Assembly (NCBI GenBank): GCA_000092065.1
Contig: CP000589.1
Reading direction: 5' to 3' (one strand)
Length of the DNA: 64,000 bases
Source: Ostreococcus lucimarinus
Lineage: Eukaryota
The position numbers and the translations under genes are program-made. The notes below the pieces were generated by a model. The model searched no databases, was not told where the DNA came from, and saw only the letters and a list, made by a program, of their open reading frames with translations. Of this stretch, positions 9,333 to 19,040 are shown one piece after another (position 1 is the first letter of the stretch; the number at the start of each line of letters is the position of its first letter).

Positions 9333-10192
9333 ATGAATCAGGCGGACGTGGACAAACAGATCAACCAGGTCCGTCGCGTCTCCCGTCGTCGCGCCTCGAC
9401 GACGTCGCCATCGCGCGCGGCCACCGCTCGTCGATCTCGCGACGGAAACCGAGCGCGCGAAACGCGTCCACGCGCGACGACTGACGGCTCCGTCGCGCCC
9501 GCGCGACGCACGCGCAGATGGTGCAGTTCATCAAGCAAGAGGCGAACGAGAAGGCGCGCGAGATCGCCATCGCGACCGAGGAGGAGTTTAACATCGAAAA
9601 GCTCTCCATGGTGGATGGGGAAAAGATCAAAATAGCGAAGGAGTACGAACGAAAAGAAACCACCGTGGACACGGCGAAGAAGATCGAGGCGTCGACGGGG
9701 CGAAACGCGATGCGGTTGAAGGTGCTGAGCGCGCGGGCGCAGGCGATGGAGACGGTGGTGGAGGAAGCGCGCGCGAAACTGGCGGAGACGAGCGCGGACG
9801 CCGGACGATACCGGACGCTGATGACGGCGTTGATCGTGCAAGGGGCGCGAAAACTCGGCGATGCGAGCGTGCGCGTGCGATGCCGGGAGTGCGATGCGGC
9901 GGTGGCGCGCGAGGCGGTGGCGGCGGCGGCGGCGGAGATGCCCGGGACGACGGTGACGTTGGACGAGTCGTCGAGTCTGCCGGCGGCGCCCGCGTGTTCG
10001 GGCGGCGTCGAAGTCGCGAACTCGACGGGTAAGATCGTGTGCGATAACACCCTGGACGCACGCTTGCGTATCGCGTACGAAAACGGTACCCCGGCGATTC
10101 GGGCGAAGATTTTCGGCGAGTCGAGCGCCGACGCCTCCGCGCGCGAGCGCGCCGCGGTTCCCGCCTCCGCGCCCAATTTAATCGCTCTTTAA
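9333..10192 (+). CDS. VHA-E: V-type H+-ATPase subunit E, two exons
   Basis: Exon 1 is 9333..9368 (MNQADVDKQINQ). The intron is 9369..9517 (GTCCGT..CTGAC..CGCAG, 149 nt, phase 0). Exon 2 is 9518..10192 (MVQFIKQEANEKAREIAIATEEEFNIEKL..NTLDARLRIAYENGTPAIRAKIFG). The joined N-terminus matches the conserved subunit-E start. Confidence 0.9.
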
Positions 10193-10274
10193 CCCCTCGC
10201 CCCTCGCGCGCGCCGCGCGCCGCGATCTCTACACGCATCTCTAGCCATTGTTACAATCCTATCGAATCGAATCA

Positions 10275-10610
10275 CTACTTGAACGTCGTCGGCGCCTTGG
10301 CCAACCTTCCGCTCGCCGTCGTTCTGATTTGCTCCGCCTCCGCCGCCAACTCCTCCACCACCTGCGAGCTCGCGCTGCTCACGCTGAACGTCCGCTCCTC
10401 CGTCTTGAACGGTTTCACCCTCTTCTGCGCCTGCTGTTTGCTCTGCGCCAGCGCCAGTTCGAACCCTCTGAGGACGTTTCCTCCCGAGCTGTGATCGGTG
10501 AGCAGCGACGTCTCGAGGTCGTACACCTGACGCTCGATCTCCGCCGCGTCGGCCTCGATCTTGGCGCGGCGCTGCTTGAGGTGCGTCATCGTCGCGTTCT
10601 TTTCGCTCAT
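10275..10610 (-). CDS. EAF6: Eaf6/MEAF6-like NuA4 histone acetyltransferase complex subunit
   Basis: IERQVYDLETSLLTDHSSGGNVLRGFE..KPFKTEERTFSVSSASS fits the Eaf6 family pattern. ATG at 10610 (alternative ATG at 10676); the ORF-track start 10739 is GTG. Confidence 0.7.
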   Translation of the reverse strand: MSEKNATMTHLKQRRAKIEADAAEIERQVYDLETSLLTDHSSGGNVLRGFELALAQSKQQAQKRVKPFKTEERTFSVSSASSQVVEELAAEAEQIRTTASGRLAKAPTTFK

Positions 10611-10772
10611 CGCTCGTCGCGTCGCGCGGGCGAGGCGGGCGAGGTGTGCGGAACGCGAATGAATTCGGTTCGGCATGCATTCATTCTCACGCGCAGCGCG
10701 GCGACTCGGCGAGACGGCGGCGGCGCGGCTACGCGCCACGCGTGGACCCGGCGTTGGACGTCTGAGAGGACG

Positions 10773-12305
10773 CTAAGGACCCGGACGCGCGAGTAACACC
10801 CCGACCAAGGCTTCGTGGTAATCGACGCTCGCGGGGGAGGACTTTAAGCGCTCGGGGAGGGCGTCGGCGAGCGCGCGCTGCGCGGCGACGACGGAGACGC
10901 CGACGGGCGGCGGGAGCGGCGGACCACGGCGAGGGGAATCGCACAGACCCAGACGCTGGCGCAGGGCGAGATTTTCAGCCTGCGCGCGCGCGTGCGCGTC
11001 CACCATGTCGGAGGGGTGCCGCGAAGGGAACACGCAGTCGGCGTGGTCGTTTTCAAATTTGACGTTGACGCACACGGCGCGAGGGATTTGAGCGTCGCGA
11101 ACGCACACCAAGCCGTCGCTGGGCTCGCCGTAGCGATTGTCGATGTAGCGCGCGGATGGAAACAAACCGGCCGCGGCGGATTTCGTCGCCGTGGCGAAGG
11201 ACACCACGGGATAGTGACTCGGAATGGGGTGCGCGGCGAGAAAAGCGCGACGTTCGCGATACGTCAAGTCGCGAATAGGCTCGAGCAATCGAGCGCCGTC
11301 GCCTTTGGGCGCGCTCACCAAAATTTCAAGAAGCGAAGCGACGGGGTCCGCCAACGGCGCGCTGAGTAAATCGGTCGCGATGGGTGACCCTCCGAACGGG
11401 CTTTGCACCGCGATTAAACCGCGCACGAGCTTTCGTAGTCTGTCGTCGTGCAACGCGAGCGCCGCGCCTCCGTCGACGCCGCCCTTCGAGTGTCCAATGA
11501 TCACGACACGTTTCCCAGTCTCGGCGTGAATATCTTCAATCTCGCGCGCCAGTGCCTTTGCGTTCGTTACGACCGCGCCTTCGCCATCGACCAAACGCGA
11601 GATGCGACACTGCGCTCCGCGGTCTCGGAACGCCTGCTCAACGTCGGCGTAGTATCGCGGATAGTACGATCCAAACAAACCTGGCACGAGCAGATAAAAG
11701 TACTCCGCACCCGTCGCGAGCACGCTCCCAGGACGCGCTAAAACTCCTTCCAAAGCTTCCTCGAACGCCGATTCGCCGTCGATCGTCGTTTCCGCCGCCT
11801 CGTCGTCCAACCATCCGACGTCGCCTCGACTCGCCGCCGTGCTCGCGAGCGCGTTCGACATCTGCCGCATCAAATCCGCCGGCACCTCCGTCCAAGACGC
11901 TCGCGCGTCGACGAACGCTCTCGCTGCCTCGCGCGCCGCGCGTAGTCTCGCGACGCTGTCGCCCGCGGCGGCGTCGAGCCACTCCGCCGCCGCCGCCGCC
12001 GCCGGCAAGTCGCGCGCGCGTCGCAGCGCCGCGAGCGCCTCGCCCAGCGCCTCCGCGTCGACGAACGCGCCGCTGTCGACGAATGGAAACCGCGACCTCG
12101 CCGGTGGCGCCGCGACGTCCGTAGCTTCCGTCGCGTCCGTCGCGTCGTCGTTTCCGTCGTCATCGTTCTCGAGCGTGTCTTCGCCAAGTTTCGACGACGA
12201 CGACGTCGCGACGTCGCGTCGCGCGGCCGCGCGCGACGAACGAGCGCGTTGCGGTACGTTCGCTCGGACTGGTGCGAGGCGCGCGCGCGCGAGGGCGAGG
12301 CGCAT
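10773..12305 (-). CDS. lipase-like alpha/beta hydrolase with transit-peptide-like N-terminus
   Basis: Nucleophile elbow VVIIGHSKGGVDG preceded by LLVPGLFGSYYPRYY. The track ORF extends to 12728, but its first 141 codons have no ATG and overlap the upstream gene's 3' end in another frame. The first ATG is at 12305 (MRLALARARLAPV). Confidence 0.7.
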   Translation of the reverse strand: MRLALARARLAPVRANVPQRARSSRAAARRDVATSSSSKLGEDTLENDDDGNDDATDATEATDVAAPPARSRFPFVDSGAFVDAEALGEALAALRRARDLPAAAAAAEWLDAAAGDSVARLRAAREAARAFVDARASWTEVPADLMRQMSNALASTAASRGDVGWLDDEAAETTIDGESAFEEALEGVLARPGSVLATGAEYFYLLVPGLFGSYYPRYYADVEQAFRDRGAQCRISRLVDGEGAVVTNAKALAREIEDIHAETGKRVVIIGHSKGGVDGGAALALHDDRLRKLVRGLIAVQSPFGGSPIATDLLSAPLADPVASLLEILVSAPKGDGARLLEPIRDLTYRERRAFLAAHPIPSHYPVVSFATATKSAAAGLFPSARYIDNRYGEPSDGLVCVRDAQIPRAVCVNVKFENDHADCVFPSRHPSDMVDAHARAQAENLALRQRLGLCDSPRRGPPLPPPVGVSVVAAQRALADALPERLKSSPASVDYHEALVGVLLARPGP

Positions 12306-12351
12306 GAGGACGACGGACGCGATGTGACGACGCGACGCGACAGTTACTCCG

Positions 12352-14688
12352 TTACACGCGAAAGGACTTTGCGATCGCCTCGATCGCCTCGATGGCGCTA
12401 GATTCCACCCGGTCGTTGTGTGCGATCGATTGCTTGAGGGCACGGATGATATCGCGCGCGGGCGCGACGGCGGGCGGCGCGGCGCGGAGCCAGTCGGCGG
12501 GGAGGACGTCGACGACGGCTTGAAGCGACGCCGCGCACGCGGCTGGATCCACGAGCTGTAAACGCACGTAAGGGATGACTTGGGCGCCGATGATGCCGTC
12601 GGCGACGATGCGCTGAAGCGCGGCGCGGTCGACAATATCTTCAAACGCGAATGCGCTTCGAACGAGATCCAAAGCGAGTCGGAATTGAGCTTGGGCGTGA
12701 CGTGCGGCGTTTGGCGCGCACGTGGCAACTATTGGCGAATACGTCGGTACCGCGCATTCCTCTGCGCATCGCTTCAGTCGACGTTGTAACGCGATGACAA
12801 TCTCCTTTGCCTCTTCGTTCGCGCTCGGTTCGACGTAGACGAAGATATCCTTGAGCGTAGACGCCAGAGCGCGCGATTGCGCCGGATCTCGCGGTTCCCA
12901 CCACTCTTCCACAGCCTCCGATGCGATCGGTAAAACGACGTGCTGCACCATGTTGGGCAACAAATTCGCATCTTCGTCACCTTCGTCGATTTTTCCATCA
13001 ATCACGCCGTAGTCGAACAGTTGTCCGTACCAAGACATTGCGTCCAACGCGCCTGGCGCAGTTTTCCCAGCGAGCGGAAACAACGGAGACCATCCAATCA
13101 GTTCCAATCGCACGAAAGGAGCGAAGAGATTAGGGACGGAGACCGACATATACGTGCTCTTATACGAACCAAGGTGCGTGCGCTTCCATTCCTCGGCGTG
13201 CCTTTTCACCGCGCTGAGCGTCGAGAACTCTTCTGACGCGTCCTTGAGCATCGAGCTCGCCGCGTCTCTGGCGTCCGCCCAATCTTTGTGAAGCAATCCG
13301 ACCTCGCGTTCGTCCTCAGCGACCGCCATTGCCGTGTCGCTCGACTCACGTCGCTTTGATCGCGCCTTGACTTTTTCCCGCATCGCGATGTTCAAGTCTC
13401 TGCCCATGTCGTCCAACTTTTCACCGTGCAAACCTTTGGCGTTGAACACGGCGTCCCGAATAGCCGTCACCGCAGTCGCCTTCGCCTCGGTCTGCGAACC
13501 GCTGCGTTGTAACACTGCGTTCACCGCTTCCGCCGCGGCTTCCGCTTCGATCGCGCTCTCCTCGAACTCGGCATTCATCGCCTGCGTCAGCGCTTGCGCT
13601 CGTTCCGCGTGGAATTTTCTATAATGCTCCTCGAGCTCGTCTAAGATGAGCTTCTTTTCGTGCAGCATGGCGCACGCGTCTCTAAAGTAATCGCGCAACT
13701 TTTGAGTGAACACGTATCGCTCACTCGCATCCTTGAGCTCCTTCTCGTAAAACGCCAAAGCCTCTTGACTCTTCACCGCGTTTTCGTCGGCGCGAGTCGC
13801 CTCCCTTCTCGCCGTCTCGCTCGACGACTCCGCTGCCTCCAACGCGCGTTTCAAACTTTCGAACGCTTCCATACCACCTCGTTCGATCGAAACCCCAGTA
13901 CCCGCCCGCTCCATCGTCGCTCGCGCGTCCCGAGCGCTTCGACGCATCTCCGGCTCGTCCCTGAACACGCGTTGCAACTGCGCGCGCTCAAACTCATCGT
14001 CGTCGCTCCCCGGCAAGATATCACCCTCCACGTACCCCGCATACCTATCTCGCGCACCACCGTCTCGCACGCTCTTAAACGCCACGCGCTCTCGGCGTCC
14101 GCCGCTAGAATCTAAGTCGACGTAATCCGCCGCCGTCGATTTCGCCCTCGCCGCCTCCCGCTTCGCCTTCGCCTCCGCGATCGTCTTCGCGTCCGGAATC
14201 ACCGTTCCCACCCCCCCCGCCGTCTCGCGCGCCGGCGGCGGCGGCGTCCACGCCTCCGCGCTCGTCCCTCCGAAGACGTCGCTCGCCGACCGTCCCGCCG
14301 TCCCGCTCGCCGCCGCGCCCCCCCTGTCCTCCGGTCGATCTCGCAGCGTCGCCTGCTCGCGCCGCAGCGCCGCCAGCGCCGCCGCGTCGTACGTTCGCGT
14401 CTCCCCCGTCGTCGTCGTCGTCGTCCCTCGTCGCGCGTCCATCGCCGCGACGCCTCGTCGTCTCGTCGCCTTCGCCGCGCGCGCGTCGCCGCCGCCGCCG
14501 CCGTCGTCCTCGTCGTCGTCGCGCGGCGCGTCGTCCTCGAACGACAGCAGCGCGCGCGCGCTCGACGCTTTCTTTCGCGCGCGCGGCGTCGTCGTCGCCG
14601 GCGTCGCGTCGTCGCCGTCGCGCGTCGCGTCGCCGTCGCGCGTTCGATTCGCCGACGACGATTTCGTCGCGCGACGACGGAACGCCAT
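12352..14688 (-). CDS. GC-rich-sequence DNA-binding factor-like (GCFC/PAXBP1/NTR2-type) protein
   Basis: The C-terminal half is collinear with the GCFC domain (YKSTYMSVSVPNLFAPFVRLELIGWSPLF, MSWYGQLFDYG, LLPNMVQHVVLPI, WWEPRDPAQS). The track start 14844 is GTG; the first ATG is at 14688 (MAFRRRATK). Confidence 0.75.
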   Translation of the reverse strand: MAFRRRATKSSSANRTRDGDATRDGDDATPATTTPRARKKASSARALLSFEDDAPRDDDEDDGGGGGDARAAKATRRRGVAAMDARRGTTTTTTGETRTYDAAALAALRREQATLRDRPEDRGGAAASGTAGRSASDVFGGTSAEAWTPPPPARETAGGVGTVIPDAKTIAEAKAKREAARAKSTAADYVDLDSSGGRRERVAFKSVRDGGARDRYAGYVEGDILPGSDDDEFERAQLQRVFRDEPEMRRSARDARATMERAGTGVSIERGGMEAFESLKRALEAAESSSETARREATRADENAVKSQEALAFYEKELKDASERYVFTQKLRDYFRDACAMLHEKKLILDELEEHYRKFHAERAQALTQAMNAEFEESAIEAEAAAEAVNAVLQRSGSQTEAKATAVTAIRDAVFNAKGLHGEKLDDMGRDLNIAMREKVKARSKRRESSDTAMAVAEDEREVGLLHKDWADARDAASSMLKDASEEFSTLSAVKRHAEEWKRTHLGSYKSTYMSVSVPNLFAPFVRLELIGWSPLFPLAGKTAPGALDAMSWYGQLFDYGVIDGKIDEGDEDANLLPNMVQHVVLPIASEAVEEWWEPRDPAQSRALASTLKDIFVYVEPSANEEAKEIVIALQRRLKRCAEECAVPTYSPIVATCAPNAARHAQAQFRLALDLVRSAFAFEDIVDRAALQRIVADGIIGAQVIPYVRLQLVDPAACAASLQAVVDVLPADWLRAAPPAVAPARDIIRALKQSIAHNDRVESSAIEAIEAIAKSFRV

Positions 14689-14804
14689 CGCGACGCGCGC
14701 GCGCGACGACGGCGCGAAAACGACGGAATCGGCGTCGCGCGTCGCGTCGCGAGAGCGCGTCGCGCGCGCGCGTGTGGCGCGTTCATGAATGAATCGATGC
14801 GTCG
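14689..14804. promoter_or_regulatory. 116-bp bidirectional promoter region between head-to-head genes
   Basis: Inferred only from the divergent ATGs at 14688 (-) and 14805 (+). The region contains out-of-frame ATGs at 14785 and 14789. Confidence 0.4.
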
Positions 14805-17800
14805 ATGGCGCGCGCGCGTTCGACGAAACGGCGTCGCCGCACACCGACGCGCGCGCGCGGCGTCGCGCGCATGGAGCGCTCGAGCGCGCCGTCGCGCGCC
14901 GTCGCGTCGACGCGCGCGCGCTCGCGCGCGTCGAGCGCGTCGAGCGACGTCGACGCGTCGCGCGCGGTGTCGAACGCGCTCGCGCGTTTGAAAACGCTCG
15001 CGACGACGACGACGGCGCGGGAATCGCGCGCGCGCGGCGCGGACGTCGCGCGCGCGATCGTGGACGCGTTCGAGGCGCTGGCGCGCGCGGAGGCGCGCGG
15101 AGGACGACGGGCGGAGGGAGACGCGGTGGAGGCGGCGCGACGCGCGGCGCTCGGACGCGCGGCGGACGACGACGAGGGGAGGGAATCGGACGGCGAAAGC
15201 GAGCGCGACGCGCGCGCGGTGGACGCGCTGTATGGATTGCGGCGGGCGGTGCACGCGGAGGGGTGTTCGGGGGACGTGCGGGTGAATTGCGCGCGCGTGG
15301 TGGAGGCGTTCGCGCGCGAGCCGGCGTCGACGACGACGGAGGCTCGGTGGCGCGCGCTCGTGGATTGCGTGCCGAACACGCCGAGGTCGGGACGCGAGAT
15401 CGTGGCGATGGCGTCGCCGAACGCGCGCGTGGGCGTCGGATCGCGGGATTGGGCGTTGAGCGTCGGCGCGGCGTTGGCGACGGCGGCTCGATGGAACGAC
15501 GTCGCGGCGACGGAATTGTTTGAACTCATCGACGATAAGATTCAGGGAGGCGCGGGCGAGCGCGTGGTTGGGTTGACGCTGCTTCACGCCGCGCTCGCCG
15601 TCGATGGTTTAGTCGCGAGCGATGATTTAGTCGTCGCCGTGCACAAGGCGTTGACGGCGGTGAGCGGCGCGCCGGTGGAGAATGGATTCGCGTGCGCGAG
15701 CGTCGGCATGCGTTGCGTGTGCGCGGCGGCGAGGAACCTTTCCATGGGCGACGTCAGGACGTTACGAAGCGCGTGGCTCGAGCCGAGACTGCGTGCTCAA
15801 GGATTTACCTGGCACAGCGCGCAAAGCGACGAGTCGCGCGCGACGCTTTCGCTCATTGAATATTTAAAAATCCCGCGAGACGAGCGGCTCGGCGCGACGG
15901 CGATGTCGGCGTTTTTGATAGCTGATTTGGATCTCGTCGGTTACGTCGACGCCGAGGAGTTCAAACGCAAAGTCGTGCACGGGTCGGTCGATCTGGATAG
16001 TCCGGCGTTTCGCGCGCTCGCGGCGAGCGAACGCGCCGTCGGACGAACCGTCGCGGCGGCAATCATCGCCACGCAAATGAATCTCATTCACACGCTTTAC
16101 GTCGCACCTGGTCAAGAAGATGACGCGGACGAGTTACGGATGAAAGTAGCTACTGAGGGTGGAAGGATTCTGTGCGGTAAAGCTCTCGATTTACTTCGAC
16201 TGGAGCGCGCGAATACGGCGAGTTTGACAGAGAACGCGCAGATGAAGGTTGAGGAGCTGACCACGGATGCTCAACCGAGCACGTTCTTCGGGGTTTTGAG
16301 CTACGCACTGACGACGAACGTGATCGATATCGATGAAAATGAGCGCGCAAAGCTCGTTTCGTGGTGCTGCGACAAATTGAGTGAAAAATTCGTCACCGCG
16401 ACGGATGCTTCGATGCGCGCGATGATCACCTCTGGCTGCTTGAGCGCTCTCTTACGCCTCGCCGAGACATCGGAGAACGCAGCGATGGCGGACGCATGTA
16501 TGCAGTGCGTTTCGGTGCTCATCGATCTGATATTGGTACCTAGCACACTGTACGACTTTGTCGAAATCATAGCCTTCAAAACACCGTCGTTGGATTTACT
16601 CGGCGTTGAGAGCAAGTCAGAGGACGACAAACGAGCGACTTACGTGGTGGCGGCGCTGAATTGGTCGGTGTCTCGTATTCGAGCCTCATCGACGGTTGCA
16701 CAAGCCGACAAATCACTCAACTTATTCAGAAGATTATTTGTCTTGCTCCCGGAAACGGAGCACACGACTTGGTTGGAATATTTCACTGACGCGTACGCGA
16801 GCGCCGCGTTGTGGGCGGGCTGCGTCGAAAAAGAAGTCGCGGTGGATACTGACCGCGTGCTCGCAGATGACGCGGCGCGCAAGTGTGTAGAGTCGTTCGA
16901 AGCTGATATCTCACGCGAGACATCGAAAAAGACGCCAGAGTGGTTGGGAAATCTTCAAACGCGCGCGAGATGGTTGAATGAAGCGTTTGCTGCGCTCGGC
17001 GAAGACGCCTACCTTAGAGCACACTTCACCGCAGACCTCGCCGCAATCGTGTCAAAGTCTGTGGATGTCGGACTCCAAGGTTCGACCGACCCGAAAGTCA
17101 ATGCATCGTACTGGCCATATGAAAGCAAGCGTCCACTCATCGTCCCTCGCGCGCCGCTGGGACCGGGTGGTATTTTGGCGACGTCGGCTGCGACGTTTGA
17201 TCTCATCGCCAAGCAGCTTGAATCGCAATTTCTCGCGATCGAGACGAGTTTGCAGAAATCACTGATGGAACACACTGGTCTAATTCACATGATGACCACG
17301 GTAACATCAGCCGTCGCCGCCGCTGGCGTCGCCATCAAGACACCGGGCGGCGCGAGCGCGGGGCGCGTCGCCGCCGCCGCCGCGCGAGCGCTCGTCCTAG
17401 TGGCGCAATCCATCACGCATCTGCACGTCACTGTTAACTGCAGTGAGATGCAATTGAGAAACGAAGAACGGGAGCTCCTGTTGCTCACCAAACAGTTACT
17501 CGAAGCGTCCAACGTTATGGAGCAAAGGAAGACGCTTGAAGCCGCGCCGGGGGTGCATCGCCGTCGCTACGCCGCGGCCCGCGCGGCGTTGGCTCGCGCC
17601 CTCAGTCTCACCGATGCCTCCTCCGAAGACATCAAATTCGAGCTCAACAAAATTCGCAAGCGTCGACACTCAAAGCGCTGGACGGAAAAGCACCAGCGTC
17701 CACCGACCGCGCCGCGTCCCGCCTCCGCCGTCAACTTCACCGCTCGCGAAGCCGAGCCCGACGACTTCGTCGACGAGGACGGCGTCTCCATACTCGAAGC

Positions 17801-17894
17801 CTTCGAGCCGAGCACGGACGAGGAATCCGACAGCGGCGATAACGACGACGACGCCTTCGTCGTGCGCGGGATGCAGGACTTCGACGAACCATAG
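14805..17894 (+). CDS. large helical-repeat (HEAT/ARM-like) protein, 1029 aa, family not recognised
   Basis: ATG at 14805 (alternative at 14871). Long non-repetitive helical-looking sequence with an acidic C-terminus (DEESDSGDNDDDAFVVRGMQDFDEP). Confidence 0.65.
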   Translation: MARARSTKRRRRTPTRARGVARMERSSAPSRAVASTRARSRASSASSDVDASRAVSNALARLKTLATTTTARESRARGADVARAIVDAFEALARAEARGGRRAEGDAVEAARRAALGRAADDDEGRESDGESERDARAVDALYGLRRAVHAEGCSGDVRVNCARVVEAFAREPASTTTEARWRALVDCVPNTPRSGREIVAMASPNARVGVGSRDWALSVGAALATAARWNDVAATELFELIDDKIQGGAGERVVGLTLLHAALAVDGLVASDDLVVAVHKALTAVSGAPVENGFACASVGMRCVCAAARNLSMGDVRTLRSAWLEPRLRAQGFTWHSAQSDESRATLSLIEYLKIPRDERLGATAMSAFLIADLDLVGYVDAEEFKRKVVHGSVDLDSPAFRALAASERAVGRTVAAAIIATQMNLIHTLYVAPGQEDDADELRMKVATEGGRILCGKALDLLRLERANTASLTENAQMKVEELTTDAQPSTFFGVLSYALTTNVIDIDENERAKLVSWCCDKLSEKFVTATDASMRAMITSGCLSALLRLAETSENAAMADACMQCVSVLIDLILVPSTLYDFVEIIAFKTPSLDLLGVESKSEDDKRATYVVAALNWSVSRIRASSTVAQADKSLNLFRRLFVLLPETEHTTWLEYFTDAYASAALWAGCVEKEVAVDTDRVLADDAARKCVESFEADISRETSKKTPEWLGNLQTRARWLNEAFAALGEDAYLRAHFTADLAAIVSKSVDVGLQGSTDPKVNASYWPYESKRPLIVPRAPLGPGGILATSAATFDLIAKQLESQFLAIETSLQKSLMEHTGLIHMMTTVTSAVAAAGVAIKTPGGASAGRVAAAAARALVLVAQSITHLHVTVNCSEMQLRNEERELLLLTKQLLEASNVMEQRKTLEAAPGVHRRRYAAARAALARALSLTDASSEDIKFELNKIRKRRHSKRWTEKHQRPPTAPRPASAVNFTAREAEPDDFVDEDGVSILEAFEPSTDEESDSGDNDDDAFVVRGMQDFDEP

Positions 17895-17959
17895 CTTAAA
17901 TTGTATTATACGCCCGCGCGTCCCGACCGACGCCCCTCCGCCTCGCCTCACAACCGCCC

Positions 17960-18922
17960 ATGCCCTTCACCTCCCCGCCCCTCCAGCGCGCCTTCGCCGC
18001 CGTCGTGTACGTCAGCGAGGGTCGTCGCACCGCCGTCCTCGACGTCATCGAGCGCGTCGCGCGCGAGGCGACCGCGCCTCGTCGTCCCGTCGCGCTGGTG
18101 AACGTCTTCAGGGACGCCGAGTACAACAGGACTGGGTTCACCCTCGCCGGCCGCGACGTCGATGACGTCCGACGAGCCGCGCTCGACGTCGCCCAGGTGT
18201 CTCTGCGCGAGGTGGACATGCGCGCGCACGACGCCACGCACCCGAGAGTGGGCGTGGTGGACCACGTGAGTTGTCACGCGTTGGCGGGCGAACGCGCCGG
18301 CGCGGCGAAACTCGCGAAATCCATCGGTGAAGGCTTGGGAACGCTGGGCGTGCCGGTAAAATTATACGGAGACGCGGCGAGCGATGGGATCGGGCTGGAT
18401 GAGATTCGGCGACGGAGTGGGTACTTTAGCGGCGCCGCGGGCGGGCGGTGGACGGGGGAGTTCGCCGTCGAGCGCGGGTTCGCGTTCGATTACGGCCCGA
18501 GCGACGTGCCCGAGCGCGAGGGGTTCGGCATGGTGGGCGCGGTGCCTTGGGTGTGTAACTATAACGTCCCTCTGGCGTTCACGTTCGCGGATGAGGGTTT
18601 GGATGCGGAGACGAGGATGACGCGCGCGATGGCGTTTGGACGCGCCGTGGCCAAGCGCGTATCGGCGCGCGGCGGCGGTCTACCCTCGGTGCAATCCATG
18701 GCGTTGCCACACGGCGGAAAAGTCGAGGTGGCGTGTAATTTATTAGACGTCGACGCGTCGTCCACGGCGGACGTGCAGCGCGCGACGGCGGCGGCGGTGG
18801 CGGAGACGGACGCGCTCAAAATTCTAGGCGCCGGCGCGTCGGCGATGGTGGAAGACGGTTACGTCACCAATCAAACCCCAGAGAGCATCATCCGCGCCAT
18901 CGATGCGATCGACGCGCGTTAG
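17960..18922 (+). CDS. formiminotransferase-domain (FTCD N-terminal-like) protein
   Basis: ATG at 17960. Motifs: VVYVSEGRR, NVFRDAEYNRTGFTLAG, HDATHPRVGVVDHVSCH. Confidence 0.7.
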   Translation: MPFTSPPLQRAFAAVVYVSEGRRTAVLDVIERVAREATAPRRPVALVNVFRDAEYNRTGFTLAGRDVDDVRRAALDVAQVSLREVDMRAHDATHPRVGVVDHVSCHALAGERAGAAKLAKSIGEGLGTLGVPVKLYGDAASDGIGLDEIRRRSGYFSGAAGGRWTGEFAVERGFAFDYGPSDVPEREGFGMVGAVPWVCNYNVPLAFTFADEGLDAETRMTRAMAFGRAVAKRVSARGGGLPSVQSMALPHGGKVEVACNLLDVDASSTADVQRATAAAVAETDALKILGAGASAMVEDGYVTNQTPESIIRAIDAIDAR

Positions 18923-19040
18923 TTCGCCCCGCGTTCGCTTTAATGCATTCATCTCATTCGCGCGACGCTTCGGCGCGTTCCATCGGCGCGCGCGTCTCGG
19001 ACGCCTCGACTCGTCCTCACACCTCGACGCGCCGGTCGAC

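Noticed and set aside
10450-10470. GTTCGAACC and a similar GGTTCGAAC at about 39470 resembling tRNA T-loops.
   Set aside because: The flanking bases do not form T-stems or acceptor stems, and both lie inside coding sequence. No tRNA cloverleaf could be built anywhere in the window.
14199-15587. 462-aa Arg-rich ORF (and many similar ones, e.g. 455..1396-, 7058..8152+, 37382..38050+, 45564..46388-, 55810..56991-).
   Set aside because: Their composition is dominated by R/A/P/S runs produced by reading CG-rich DNA out of frame or antisense to genes with clear motif content. Most start with GTG/TTG, and none shows a recognisable motif. They are shadow ORFs.
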